DNA from: an uncultured Acidobacteriota bacterium
Lineage (GTDB): Bacteria; Acidobacteriota; Terriglobia; Acidiferrales; UBA7541
Assembly: GCA_963711325.1 (NCBI GenBank)
Contig: CAVQDR010000004.1
Coordinates: 762,124-826,123 of the forward strand
DNA length: 64,000 bases
Direction: 5' to 3'
Notes under the pieces: model-generated
What the model saw: only the letters and a program-made list of their open reading frames with translations
Database searches by the model: none
Told to the model about the DNA's origin: nothing
Part shown: positions 10,720 to 19,154 of the stretch, in pieces
Numbering within the stretch: position 1 is the first letter of the stretch
Layout: every line of letters begins with the position of its first letter
Translations under genes and position numbers: made by a program

Positions 10720-11535
10720 ATGATTACTCTCATCTCCATCATCGCTCTCGGATTTTTCCTCGGCATGCGCCACGCCACCGATCCCGACCACGTCATTGCC
10801 GTCACCACCATCGTCAGCCGCCAGCGCAGCATTCGTCACGCCGCCCTCATCGGCATCCTCTGGGGCCTCGGCCATACCATTACGATTTTTCTGGTCGGCT
10901 CCGCCATCATTCTCTTCGGCGTGGTCATTCCTCCGCGCCTCGGCCTCACCATGGAATTGTCGGTCGGCCTGATGCTGATCCTGCTCGGCGTCCTGAATCT
11001 CACCGGCTTCACTCGCTGGCTTACCGAAACCTTCACGCCCGCCGCGCTAGATTCCGCCGGCCGCCCCCCGCACGTTCATCCGCACCAGCACGGCGATTAC
11101 GTTCACGCCCATCCGCACCATCACGAACCCGAACGACACGGCCACGCCGAAAACGCTACGCCCGTCGGCTGGATGGATCGCGCCTTCGGTCAGCTCGGCC
11201 TGTATCAAGCCGTGCGTCCGCTCGCTGTCGGCCTGGTCCACGGACTCGCCGGCTCCGCCGCCGTCGCGCTCCTCGTCCTCACCACCATTCGCGACCCGCG
11301 CTGGGCCATCGCCTACCTCCTCGTCTTCGGCATCGGCACCATCGCCGGCATGATGCTCATCACCGCCGCCATCGCCCTCCCCTTCAAATATTCGCAAACG
11401 CGCTTCGCCCACCTCAATCGCGGCCTGGCCATCGCCTCCGGCCTGCTCAGCATCGCCTTCGGAATTTTTATCGTCTACAAAATGGGCTACGTGAACGGCA
11501 TCTTCACCGCCCACCCCAATTGGACTCCCGAGTAG
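10720..11535 (+). CDS. NicO/UreH-like metal (Ni/Co-type) transporter family membrane protein with His-rich loop
   Basis: About 6 TM protein. GMRHATDPDHVIAV resembles the HxxxxDH metal-transporter signature. Central loop HVHPHQHGDYVHAHPHHHEPERHGH. Second-half motif GLVHGLAGSAA. Confidence 0.6.
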   Translation: MITLISIIALGFFLGMRHATDPDHVIAVTTIVSRQRSIRHAALIGILWGLGHTITIFLVGSAIILFGVVIPPRLGLTMELSVGLMLILLGVLNLTGFTRWLTETFTPAALDSAGRPPHVHPHQHGDYVHAHPHHHEPERHGHAENATPVGWMDRAFGQLGLYQAVRPLAVGLVHGLAGSAAVALLVLTTIRDPRWAIAYLLVFGIGTIAGMMLITAAIALPFKYSQTRFAHLNRGLAIASGLLSIAFGIFIVYKMGYVNGIFTAHPNWTPE

Positions 11536-11621
11536 CACACCTTGCAGGAATTTCGATAGAAGGGAAGTTGCTCGAAGAAGTTACCTGAGGAAACTACCGC
11601 CATGCTTGTGACGTTAGTGAA

Positions 11622-12890
11622 TTACGACGCCAACTTGCTGCGCCGCTCGCAGTCCTTCGCACGTGTTTCCAGGAATTGTCGTTCCATCGGGTTTCGTGCC
11701 GAGGCCAAAGCTCGGTGAAAATGCTTTTCCGCCCCAGCAAATTGTCCCAGCCGGAATTCCATCTCGCCCATCGCCGCAGCATAAAAAGGATATTTCTCCA
11801 GGCGCTCTCGTTCCGCAATCGCCCGAATCTCCGCCAATCCGCGCTCCGGCCCTTCGAGCTGCGCAATCGCAATCGCCCGGTTCAACGCCACAATCGGCGA
11901 CGGTCGTATCCGCACCAGCTTCTCGTAAAGCCACACAATCCTCGCCCAGTCCGTGTCCTCAGCCCGCAATGCCTTCGCGTGCGTCGCCGCAATCCCCGCC
12001 TCAAGGTGATATTCCGTCAGCTTCTCGCCAGTTGCGGAAAGGTCCAGCAATGTCTGCCCCTCGGCCGCCAGCTTCGCGTCCCACCGCGTGCGATCCTGCT
12101 CCGCAAACGTCGCCAGATTTCCCGCCTCATTCAATCGTGCCGGTAATCGCGCCGCGTGCAAACACATCAACGCCAGCAGCGCAAAAGTCTCTGGCACCGC
12201 CGCCGCCTCGTATTCCAGCAGCAATCGCGTCAGCCGCATCGCTTCCTGGCACAAATCCACACGCACCGCCGATTCGGGCGACGCACCGTGATAACCCTCG
12301 TTGAACAACAAATACAGCGCCCGTTGCACCGCTTCCAGCCGCGCCGGAAAATCCTCAGCGCTACCCATCTCGAACATTTTCTTCGAGCCTTTCAAAACTT
12401 TCTTCGCCCGCAAAATCCGTTTTTCCATCGCCGCCCGCCCACTCACAAACGCCTGCGCCACTTCCTCCACACTAAATCCGCACAAAATATTTAAGATCAG
12501 CGCCACCTGAGCCTCTTCCCGCAACCGAGGCTGGCAACACGAGAACATCATCCGCAGCTGATCGTCCTTGATCGTCTCCGGCCCGAAAATTTCCTCCACC
12601 ACCGGTGCCAGCGTCCACTCGCTTTGCAGCAAACGTCCCAGCTCCGGAGCAAACGTCGTTGCCGTCCGCTCTCGCCGCAAAATATCCAAAGCCCGGTTCT
12701 TCGCCGTCTTCATCAACCACGCCGAAGGATTTTCCGGTACGCCCCGGAATTTCCACACCTCCAGCGCCCGGCAGAATGCGTCCTGCACCACGTCTTCAGC
12801 CAGCGCAAGGTTGTGCACGCCGAAAATATGCGTCAGCGTGCCAACCATGCGCCCGGCTTCGCGCCGGAAAAGATGCTCATCCAGCTGCAT
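11622..12890 (-). CDS. ECF sigma factor with long C-terminal TPR-like extension (ECF42-type)
   Basis: Start reassigned to ATG 12890 (MQLDEHLFRRE...). Sigma2 region (VVQDAFCRALEVW...PSAWLMKTAKNRALDILRR). Sigma4 region (ALILNILCGFSVEEVAQAFVSGRAAMEKRILRAKKVL). About 240 further residues of helical repeats. Stop of the upstream DGPF gene overlaps the start (TAATG). Confidence 0.85.
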   Translation of the reverse strand: MQLDEHLFRREAGRMVGTLTHIFGVHNLALAEDVVQDAFCRALEVWKFRGVPENPSAWLMKTAKNRALDILRRERTATTFAPELGRLLQSEWTLAPVVEEIFGPETIKDDQLRMMFSCCQPRLREEAQVALILNILCGFSVEEVAQAFVSGRAAMEKRILRAKKVLKGSKKMFEMGSAEDFPARLEAVQRALYLLFNEGYHGASPESAVRVDLCQEAMRLTRLLLEYEAAAVPETFALLALMCLHAARLPARLNEAGNLATFAEQDRTRWDAKLAAEGQTLLDLSATGEKLTEYHLEAGIAATHAKALRAEDTDWARIVWLYEKLVRIRPSPIVALNRAIAIAQLEGPERGLAEIRAIAERERLEKYPFYAAAMGEMEFRLGQFAGAEKHFHRALASARNPMERQFLETRAKDCERRSKLAS

Positions 12891-13246
12891 TACATGTCCA
12901 TTTTCATGATCGGCCGCACTTCCACCCAGCCGCCCGCCTCGAAAATCGGGCAGCCTTTGGAAAGGTCCGCCGCGTGCCCCAGGTCCTTGGCCTCGACAAT
13001 GGTATATCCACCCACGATGTCCTTGGCCTCGGCAAACGGCCCGTCCGTCACCGTCTTCTGTTTGCCCTTCACCAATTTGCCGCCCGGCTCCAAGGGATTC
13101 CCGACATCCTTCAAATGCCCCTGTTCGCCCAAAGACTTCATCCACTTCGTCCACTGCTCCATGCTTTTCTGGATCGCTTCCGGCGATTTCTGCCACTCCC
13201 GGTCCGCCTGCGCGTCATTGCGATACAAAAACAAATATTGGCTCAT
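12890..13246 (-). CDS. YCII-related / DGPF domain protein
   Basis: Start at MSQYLFLYRN with GGAGG RBS. TDGPFAEAKDIVGGY matches the DGPF motif of YCII-related proteins. Translationally coupled to the sigma gene. Confidence 0.85.
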   Translation of the reverse strand: MSQYLFLYRNDAQADREWQKSPEAIQKSMEQWTKWMKSLGEQGHLKDVGNPLEPGGKLVKGKQKTVTDGPFAEAKDIVGGYTIVEAKDLGHAADLSKGCPIFEAGGWVEVRPIMKMDM

Positions 13247-13285
13247 CGTAGTTGCCTCCGTCGGAATTGTTACTGCCAACCTTAT

Positions 13286-13312
13286 GACGTTCGACCCCGG
13301 CCAAAACAGACA
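13286..13312 (-). promoter_or_regulatory. Candidate ECF-type promoter of the DGPF-sigma operon (TGTCTG-N17-CGTC)
   Basis: Minus-strand reading: aaaaTTGTCTG ttttggccggggtcgaa CGTC ataagg, about 35 nt upstream of the RBS. It resembles the TGTCGA/CGTC-type motif I recall for ECF42 sigma factors. Confidence 0.4.
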
Positions 13313-13389
13313 ATTTTCTGCCAAGGTCGGACGCCAAGTGTTCGGGCACCGCCGAACGACCCTCTTCTCCTAGCTGTCCAGTCCCACCA

Positions 13390-13458
13390 CCCAAACCGCC
13401 CTTGGCCGTCATCCAGAGGAGCGCCTTCCGCGACGAAGGATCTCCTTCTTGCCGGGCC
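13390..13458. repeat. REP-like element, family B (copy 1)
   Basis: 69 nt, about 91% identical (first 35 nt identical) to 42092..42160: cccaaaccgcccttggccgtcatccagaggagcgc...gcgacgaaggatctccttcttgccgggcc. Contains the palindrome gaagga-tc-tccttc. Partial cores at 13985-14012 and 41931-41960. Confidence 0.8.
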
Positions 13459-13490
13459 ATCAGCCTGAGGGTGGGGCTGCCTCGGTTCGT

Positions 13491-13764
13491 GTATCAACTG
13501 GAAACGTTGCGCGCCGTAAAAATTGTCGATTAGAATACATGGTCGGCGTTTGTTTTGTTGAGGTTGGAGGGTGTTTCTAATCGCGCGAGATGGTCCAAAA
13601 ATTGTCGATTAGAAACGGGGGTCAGTATCAACTGAGGGAAGTGGCGTAGAAAAGTTACCGAAAAAGGCCGATTAGAAAACATACCGGACCTTTGTTTTGA
13701 AGGGGCTGCGACGATTTCTAATCGCGGATCCGGTTATTAGAATTTTGGGGTGGTGTATCAACTG
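13491..13764 (+). repeat. Two tandem ~130-134 bp structured units, each bounded by GTATCAACTG (third boundary copy at 13755)
   Basis: GTATCAACTG at 13491, 13625 and 13755. Each unit keeps the blocks CGATTAGAAnACAT, TTTGTTTTG, TTTCTAATCGCG and ATTAGAA in the same order. The central block is the reverse complement of both flanking blocks. Local GC is clearly lower than the surroundings. Confidence 0.75.
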
Positions 13765-14139
13765 GGATGCCGAGGGCGGGCGGAAGTCGCGGTGCATTGG
13801 TGATGCCCTCCTTACGCCGCCAACGGCGTGTTTTGACACGAAAGCGATGCATGATAACACGATGGCATGTGGTGGGTTCAAGTCCACACACCTGCGATCG
13901 GGGAGCGGCGGAGGCGCGACACGGGTTAGGCCGGTTCGTAAGGGGCAGTAAAAGATTCGCGAGAGAAGTCTCCGAGAGAAGAGAAGCGAAGCGACGAAGG
14001 ATCTCCTTCTTGTCCAGCCCTCGGCCGAAGCAAGCCGGTAGGCCAGGACGACTGCCGGAAGAGTGTCACTGACGCACAACGAGGCAACTAAACAGAGGTG
14101 AATACTAAGAAGAGGGAAGCAAAAACCGCGGAGTACTCC

Positions 14140-15918
14140 TCAACGAACCGCCGCAGCCGCAACCGCCGTCCCACCACCCTCAGTCAGCGTGCGCATCCCG
14201 TCGACCTGCAGGTTCGGGAAACGCTCCACCAACCCGCTGGGCCAACGAACTTCCACGTAATCAATCCGCGCCGCGCCGCCCAAACCAAAATGAACCCGCA
14301 GATCATTCTGCGAAATATAACTCGACCCGCTTCGCACTTCATCCACGCGCGCGCGACCGCCAGCCTGCACCGTGATTTTCGCCCCCAAACCATCCCGATT
14401 CGATTTCGTGCCAATCAGCCGGAACGCCACCCAATGATTCCCGTTGCGCACGCTGTTCGTCAGCAGGCTCGGCGCCTGGTTCATATTATTAATGACCACC
14501 GAAATTCGCCCGTCGTTCCACAAATCTCCCACCGCCATCCCGCGCGAAGCCGCCGGCGTCGTAATCCCGGTTCCCGCGTCCGCTGTCACCTCCGTAAAAG
14601 TTGCATCGCCGTTGTTGTGATACAGCAATCGCGATTCGTTGTAATCGCTGCCGAGATGAAACTTGTCTACCTCCGGATACACGTGCCCATTCGCCAGAAT
14701 CAAATCCGGCCAGCCATCGTTGTCAAAATCGAAAAACATCGTCCCCCATCCAAGATATTGCATGTGCTTTCCCAAACCGGCCGCCCGCGTCACGTCGCTG
14801 AATTCGCCGTTGCCGTCGTTGCGATACAAAGTCGGTGTGTCCTCCGAAAAATTCGTTTTGAAAATGTCCGGCCGCCCGTCACCGTTATAATCGCCCACTG
14901 TCACGCCCATCCCCGCCTGTTCGCGCCCGTCCTCGTTGAAGGCGACTCCCGCCTCCAGCGCCTTATCCGTGAACGTTCCGTCCTGATTGTTGTGATACAA
15001 AATGCTCGGCTGGCTGTCGCAGGCTACGTACATGTCCGGCCAGCCGTCATCGTCGTAATCCAGCGTGGCCACACTGAAGCAGAATTTTCCGTTAGTGCGG
15101 TCGATATGCGCCGCTTTGGTCACGTTCCGAAATTTTCCGCCGCCCAAATTCTGGTACAGGATATTTTCGCTGCCCACGAGGCCCCGCGGCCCGCACATCA
15201 CCGGCGCGCCTTTCCAAATGCAATTCGAACCCGATCCCGGCGCTTGCGCCGTCGCCGGATCGAAATCCACATAATTCGCCACCATCAGATCCAGCTTGCC
15301 GTCGCGGTTGTAATCGACGAACGCGCAGCCCGTTCCCCAGGCCTTCCCGCTGCCGGCCACTCCCGCCGCTTCGCTGACCTCTCGAAATTTCCCGTGATCG
15401 TTTTGATACAGGCGGTTTTTCCCGTAAGACGTAACGTACAAATCCTCCCAGCCATCATTGTCGTAGTCGCCCACGCACACGCCCTGTCCCCAACCTCCTG
15501 CGGCTAGACCCGCTTTCTCCGTCACATCCGTAAACGTGCCATCGTGATTGTTGTGATACAGGTGATTCGTAGGAGTCTTGCCGCGAGGGAACCCTTCGAG
15601 CGTCGTGCCGTTCACCAGAAAAATATCGGGCCAGCCGTCGTTGTCATAATCAAGAATCGCGACGCCATTGCCGGTAGTCTCGATGATGTATTTCTTGGTG
15701 TCGACGCCGCCGAACACGTTTTGCATCGTGATTCCGGCTTTCTTCGCGATGTCCGTGAAATTCGCCAGAGGCGCCGAAGCCGCTTTTTGCGTCTGCGCCC
15801 CAGGAGCCTGGGCCAACCCACACAACCCAAACGCGCACACCACGACGATCAACGGAATCGCGAGAATCGTTCGAATGCAGTATCGGCCCAGATTTTTCGG
15901 GATGCTGACGCGCCGCAA
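14140..15918 (-). CDS. CRTAC1 family protein (FG-GAP/VCBS repeats plus ASPIC/UnbV domain), secreted
   Basis: 592 aa with signal peptide. Repeated DYDNDGWPD / DYNGDGRPD / DFDNDGWPD motifs. C-terminal UnbV_ASPIC-like NRDGLGAKITVQAGGR...RSGSSYISQNDLRVHFGLG. Confidence 0.88.
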   Translation of the reverse strand: MRRVSIPKNLGRYCIRTILAIPLIVVVCAFGLCGLAQAPGAQTQKAASAPLANFTDIAKKAGITMQNVFGGVDTKKYIIETTGNGVAILDYDNDGWPDIFLVNGTTLEGFPRGKTPTNHLYHNNHDGTFTDVTEKAGLAAGGWGQGVCVGDYDNDGWEDLYVTSYGKNRLYQNDHGKFREVSEAAGVAGSGKAWGTGCAFVDYNRDGKLDLMVANYVDFDPATAQAPGSGSNCIWKGAPVMCGPRGLVGSENILYQNLGGGKFRNVTKAAHIDRTNGKFCFSVATLDYDDDGWPDMYVACDSQPSILYHNNQDGTFTDKALEAGVAFNEDGREQAGMGVTVGDYNGDGRPDIFKTNFSEDTPTLYRNDGNGEFSDVTRAAGLGKHMQYLGWGTMFFDFDNDGWPDLILANGHVYPEVDKFHLGSDYNESRLLYHNNGDATFTEVTADAGTGITTPAASRGMAVGDLWNDGRISVVINNMNQAPSLLTNSVRNGNHWVAFRLIGTKSNRDGLGAKITVQAGGRARVDEVRSGSSYISQNDLRVHFGLGGAARIDYVEVRWPSGLVERFPNLQVDGMRTLTEGGGTAVAAAAVR

Positions 15919-16461
15919 TTAATTCGCGCGCTTCACTTCGACGCTGTCGCGTCCGGCGTACAGCAGATAGGTTCCCGGCGTTCCGCCGGCCACCAGTTGC
16001 AGTGGAACCGGATGCTTCAATCCATCGTCGTGCTTGGCGTCCACCGTGAAAATGTCGTTCGCGCCCAGATCCATCACCACGAACTTTCCGTCTTTCAGCC
16101 AGCCAACTCCGTAAGCTCCCGCCGCCAGCTTGGTCCCGTTAATTTCGACCGGCACTTCGCTGAGTATGTACGCCTGATACTTTTCACGGATCGCCGTCGA
16201 ATATCCGGAATTATCGACCAGCGCCGCCAGGAAATACTTGCCATCCGCGAAATGAACGCCGCCCGCGTTTCGTAATTGCGTCGCCGCCGTCTTGCCCCGG
16301 AAAAATACTTTGTCCGGCAAAAGCGCCGGAGTAATTTCAGCAGCCTTCAGTACCGTATCCGGATGTGCCGACATGGCCTGCGCTCTCAGCGCAGGCGCCG
16401 TCGTCGATGCAGCCACCATGAAAGTGAGCAATACCAGAAGTGTCGCGCGAACTCGCATCAA
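15919..16461 (-). CDS. Secreted hypothetical protein
   Basis: 180 aa with signal peptide (MMRVRATLLVLLTFMVAASTTAPALRAQA). Its stop abuts the CRTAC1 start (15918/15919), so they are likely co-transcribed. Confidence 0.6.
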   Translation of the reverse strand: MMRVRATLLVLLTFMVAASTTAPALRAQAMSAHPDTVLKAAEITPALLPDKVFFRGKTAATQLRNAGGVHFADGKYFLAALVDNSGYSTAIREKYQAYILSEVPVEINGTKLAAGAYGVGWLKDGKFVVMDLGANDIFTVDAKHDDGLKHPVPLQLVAGGTPGTYLLYAGRDSVEVKRAN

Positions 16462-16561
16462 AGTTCCTCCGAAGACCTCGAAGGCATCCTACCCCATCAA
16501 AATTAGTCCAGGCAAGACGTTCTCGGCCGAACGGTCTGGCGGGACTTTCATCGATCCCGTC

Positions 16562-17206
16562 TCACTTCGCCGGCTGAACCGGATAATCCTCATCCACAAA
16601 CGCCGTCAATGGCGTCCCTTCCTTGATCTCCACGTTTTTCCCATGCTTGATCAACCCAATCGGCCCAAACAACACCGTCAGCGCCACGGTCGCCCCAACT
16701 TTCCCTTCGCCCTCTTTCCCCTTGCTTCCGCGCAGACGCACCCGCCGATCGTCAGTCTTCAAATATTCCAGCCGGATGCTCAACTCTCCCGCCTTCCCCA
16801 ACATCCCCGATTTATGCGCGTTGGTTACCGTCGCCAGCGCCACCGCGCCTTTCCTCACCACCACTACATCGCCCACCTTAATATCTTCCGCCAAAGTCAT
16901 GTTCACCGGATCGTCATCCACCGCCGTCTTCGAATTCAAATCCTCGGCAAACACCAAAGGCACTTCCGTGCCTTCCTTCAACATCAACCCCGCAGGCGCC
17001 GGAGCGATCGGCGCAACCGCCGCGGCAGGTGTAGTTGGCACCGCAGGCGGCGCAGCAGAAGCCGGAGCGGCCGCTGGCGCTAACGCACTCTGCGCCGCTG
17101 GCACTGCGTCTTGCGAACCCTGCGCCCACGTCGCCGTCTGCAACACAAAAATCACCGCCGCCAAGCCGAACCATTTCCCGATCGAGTGCGCTGGGAGCCT
17201 CATCAT
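16562..17206 (-). CDS. Secreted hypothetical protein with Ala/Pro-rich linker
   Basis: 214 aa with signal peptide, an AP-rich spacer, then a beta-rich domain. No family recognised. Confidence 0.55.
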   Translation of the reverse strand: MMRLPAHSIGKWFGLAAVIFVLQTATWAQGSQDAVPAAQSALAPAAAPASAAPPAVPTTPAAAVAPIAPAPAGLMLKEGTEVPLVFAEDLNSKTAVDDDPVNMTLAEDIKVGDVVVVRKGAVALATVTNAHKSGMLGKAGELSIRLEYLKTDDRRVRLRGSKGKEGEGKVGATVALTVLFGPIGLIKHGKNVEIKEGTPLTAFVDEDYPVQPAK

Positions 17207-17558
17207 CGTTCCTCCTGCGTCATCCTACTCATGTTGACGCGGCTCCCGCATAATCAGTTTCATTATTTAACGAATGAGTTACCCAACCACCTCGCCGTCG
17301 CATTCTTTCCGGATCCAGCGTATGTCTGCGCGGCTGGGCTTGAAGTGTCGTGAGGCCACCTCAAATGTCTGGATATTACAAGGAAACCTAGGTATGTTGT
17401 CGCCAACACAGATCAACTGAGGCGTTCTACCTGTTCATCATCTCGGCCCCGGGTTCCCCTCGTTTTTTTGGATGCAACGATTTGCGACAGCGTGTCGGGG
17501 CCATTCCCCGGCTCACTTTTAACCCTCATCAATATGCAATCGGATTCGGAGGATTACC

Positions 17559-19121
17559 ATGGCTCAACGGCACAGCACACCCATTCGCGGCTTGTTATCC
17601 ACTCCCCATTCCCCGCAATTCCAGGGACGCTTCGGACGCATGTTCCGTTCGCTGGTTCCCGCCACCTTCGGAAATTCGGACCACGACAACATGCAAAATC
17701 TCGGCTTGCTCGCATCTGCCGGTGACCAGAAGAAAGGCGGAATGTCGGCGATCTTTGACCCGCCCACCGACGGGCCGGATCCCGAAGAGAGCGGCATCCC
17801 CGCCCTCTATACCTACTTCGCACAATTCATGGATCACGACATCACCTTCGATCCCGCCAGCAGCCTCCAGGCTCAGGACGATCCCGACGCCCTCACCGAC
17901 TTTCGCACTCCCGCTTTCGATCTCGACAATGTCTATGGCCGAGGTCCCGACGATCAACCCTACATGTACGACACCGACGGCAAAACCTTTCTGTTAGGGG
18001 ACCAGCTCACCGGAAACAAGTTCCACGCCACCGATTTGCCGCGCAATTCCGCCCATCCTGGGCGCGCTCTCATCGGCGATCCGCGCAACGACGAAAACAC
18101 CATCGTTTCCCAGCTGCAGGGCCTCTTTCATCGATTTCACAATCGCATCGTGCAAGACAATCCCACCATCTCCTTTGCCCACGTCCAGAAGCTCGTGCGC
18201 TTTCACTATCAGTACGTCATCCTCCACGATTTTCTTCCGCGCCTTATCCATTCCGACGTGCTCAACGACCTCAAGACCAATGGCCAATACGACCAGAAGA
18301 AACTGAAGTTTTTTCACTGGAAGAACAGCCCCTTCATGCCCGTGGAATTTTCGGTGGCCGCCTATCGCATCGGGCACTCGATGGTCCGGCCCGGCTATCG
18401 GCTCAATGACCACGCGAACAATTTGCTTCCGATTTTCAATACGCCGGACTCGAAAAAGCACGGCTTCAAAGACGATCTTTCCGGCTTCCGCAAGATGGTG
18501 CCGGGCCGCGCCATTGACTGGGGCCGCTTCATCGACGTCGATACCCGCCCCTACGGCGTCGCGGACGCCAAGAACAATCCAGACAACAAGAAGCGACTGC
18601 AGTTCGCCTATCGCATCGACACTTCGGTGGTCTTCGCCCTCTCCAACCTTCCGCTTCCCGTCGCCGGCGCCCCACCCGTATCTCTGCCCTTACGCAATCT
18701 CATTCGCGGCTGGCGCCTGGGACTTCCCAGCGGCCAACACGTTGCTCATGCCATGGGCGTCACTCCCATGGCCGACAAAGACATTCGCATCGGGAAAGGC
18801 GTGGACAAGCAGGATCATGCCGATCCAGCGATTGTAAGCATCGACAAAATCTCCCCGGTCTTCGTCAACAACTGCCCGCTGTGGACCTACATCCTCGCCG
18901 AAGCCATGAACCATCAGGTGAAAGTCCAAATCCCGGTTCGAAATCCGATTCCGATTACCACGCCGCAACTCGGCCCGGTCGGCGGCCGAATCGTCGCCGA
19001 AGTCTTCCTCGGTCTGATGTTCGGCGATAACCATTCTTTGCTTACCGCCAACCACACCTGGACGCCCAAGAACCCTTGTTTCGCTCTCAAAGACTTCGTG
19101 AACTACGCCCTCGGAAATTAG
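17559..19121 (+). CDS. Heme peroxidase of the peroxidase-cyclooxygenase ('animal haem peroxidase') superfamily
   Basis: GGAGG RBS. FQGRFGRMF N-terminal box. Distal-His signature YFAQFMDHDITFD. GDPRNDEN and EFSVAAYRIGHSM (proximal His region) are typical of bacterial members. Confidence 0.85.
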   Translation: MAQRHSTPIRGLLSTPHSPQFQGRFGRMFRSLVPATFGNSDHDNMQNLGLLASAGDQKKGGMSAIFDPPTDGPDPEESGIPALYTYFAQFMDHDITFDPASSLQAQDDPDALTDFRTPAFDLDNVYGRGPDDQPYMYDTDGKTFLLGDQLTGNKFHATDLPRNSAHPGRALIGDPRNDENTIVSQLQGLFHRFHNRIVQDNPTISFAHVQKLVRFHYQYVILHDFLPRLIHSDVLNDLKTNGQYDQKKLKFFHWKNSPFMPVEFSVAAYRIGHSMVRPGYRLNDHANNLLPIFNTPDSKKHGFKDDLSGFRKMVPGRAIDWGRFIDVDTRPYGVADAKNNPDNKKRLQFAYRIDTSVVFALSNLPLPVAGAPPVSLPLRNLIRGWRLGLPSGQHVAHAMGVTPMADKDIRIGKGVDKQDHADPAIVSIDKISPVFVNNCPLWTYILAEAMNHQVKVQIPVRNPIPITTPQLGPVGGRIVAEVFLGLMFGDNHSLLTANHTWTPKNPCFALKDFVNYALGN

Positions 19122-19154
19122 CGACGATCAGATATTGTTCTGGAGGAGTCCTCG

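Noticed and set aside
12891-13196. Upstream 102 codons of the 524-aa sigma ORF, and upstream 26 codons of the YCII ORF (13247..13324)
   Set aside because: The sigma extension overlaps the YCII/DGPF gene out of frame. ATG 12890 and ATG 13246 give proteins that begin at the conserved family N-termini, and the latter has a GGAGG RBS.
13491-13764. Possible mini-CRISPR array (regularly spaced GTATCAACTG)
   Set aside because: There are only three 10-nt boundary copies, and the 'spacers' themselves share ordered conserved blocks. There is no repeat of CRISPR length (24-48 nt) and no cas genes in the window. It behaves as a tandem duplication of a structured unit.
13866-13892. tRNA T-arm-like string ggtgggttcaagtccacac (possible tRNA gene or att remnant)
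   Set aside because: The GGTTCAAGTCC core is present, but the flanks do not form a 5-bp T stem. No acceptor, D or anticodon arms can be folded around it. It may be a relic, but I cannot support a call.
13672-14079. ORFs 13672..14079 (135 aa), 13767..14072 and 13697..13951 in the large intergenic gap
   Set aside because: They are built largely from REP-like elements and Arg/Ser/Pro-rich sequence, overlap each other on both strands, and have no start context. I treat the gap as non-coding.
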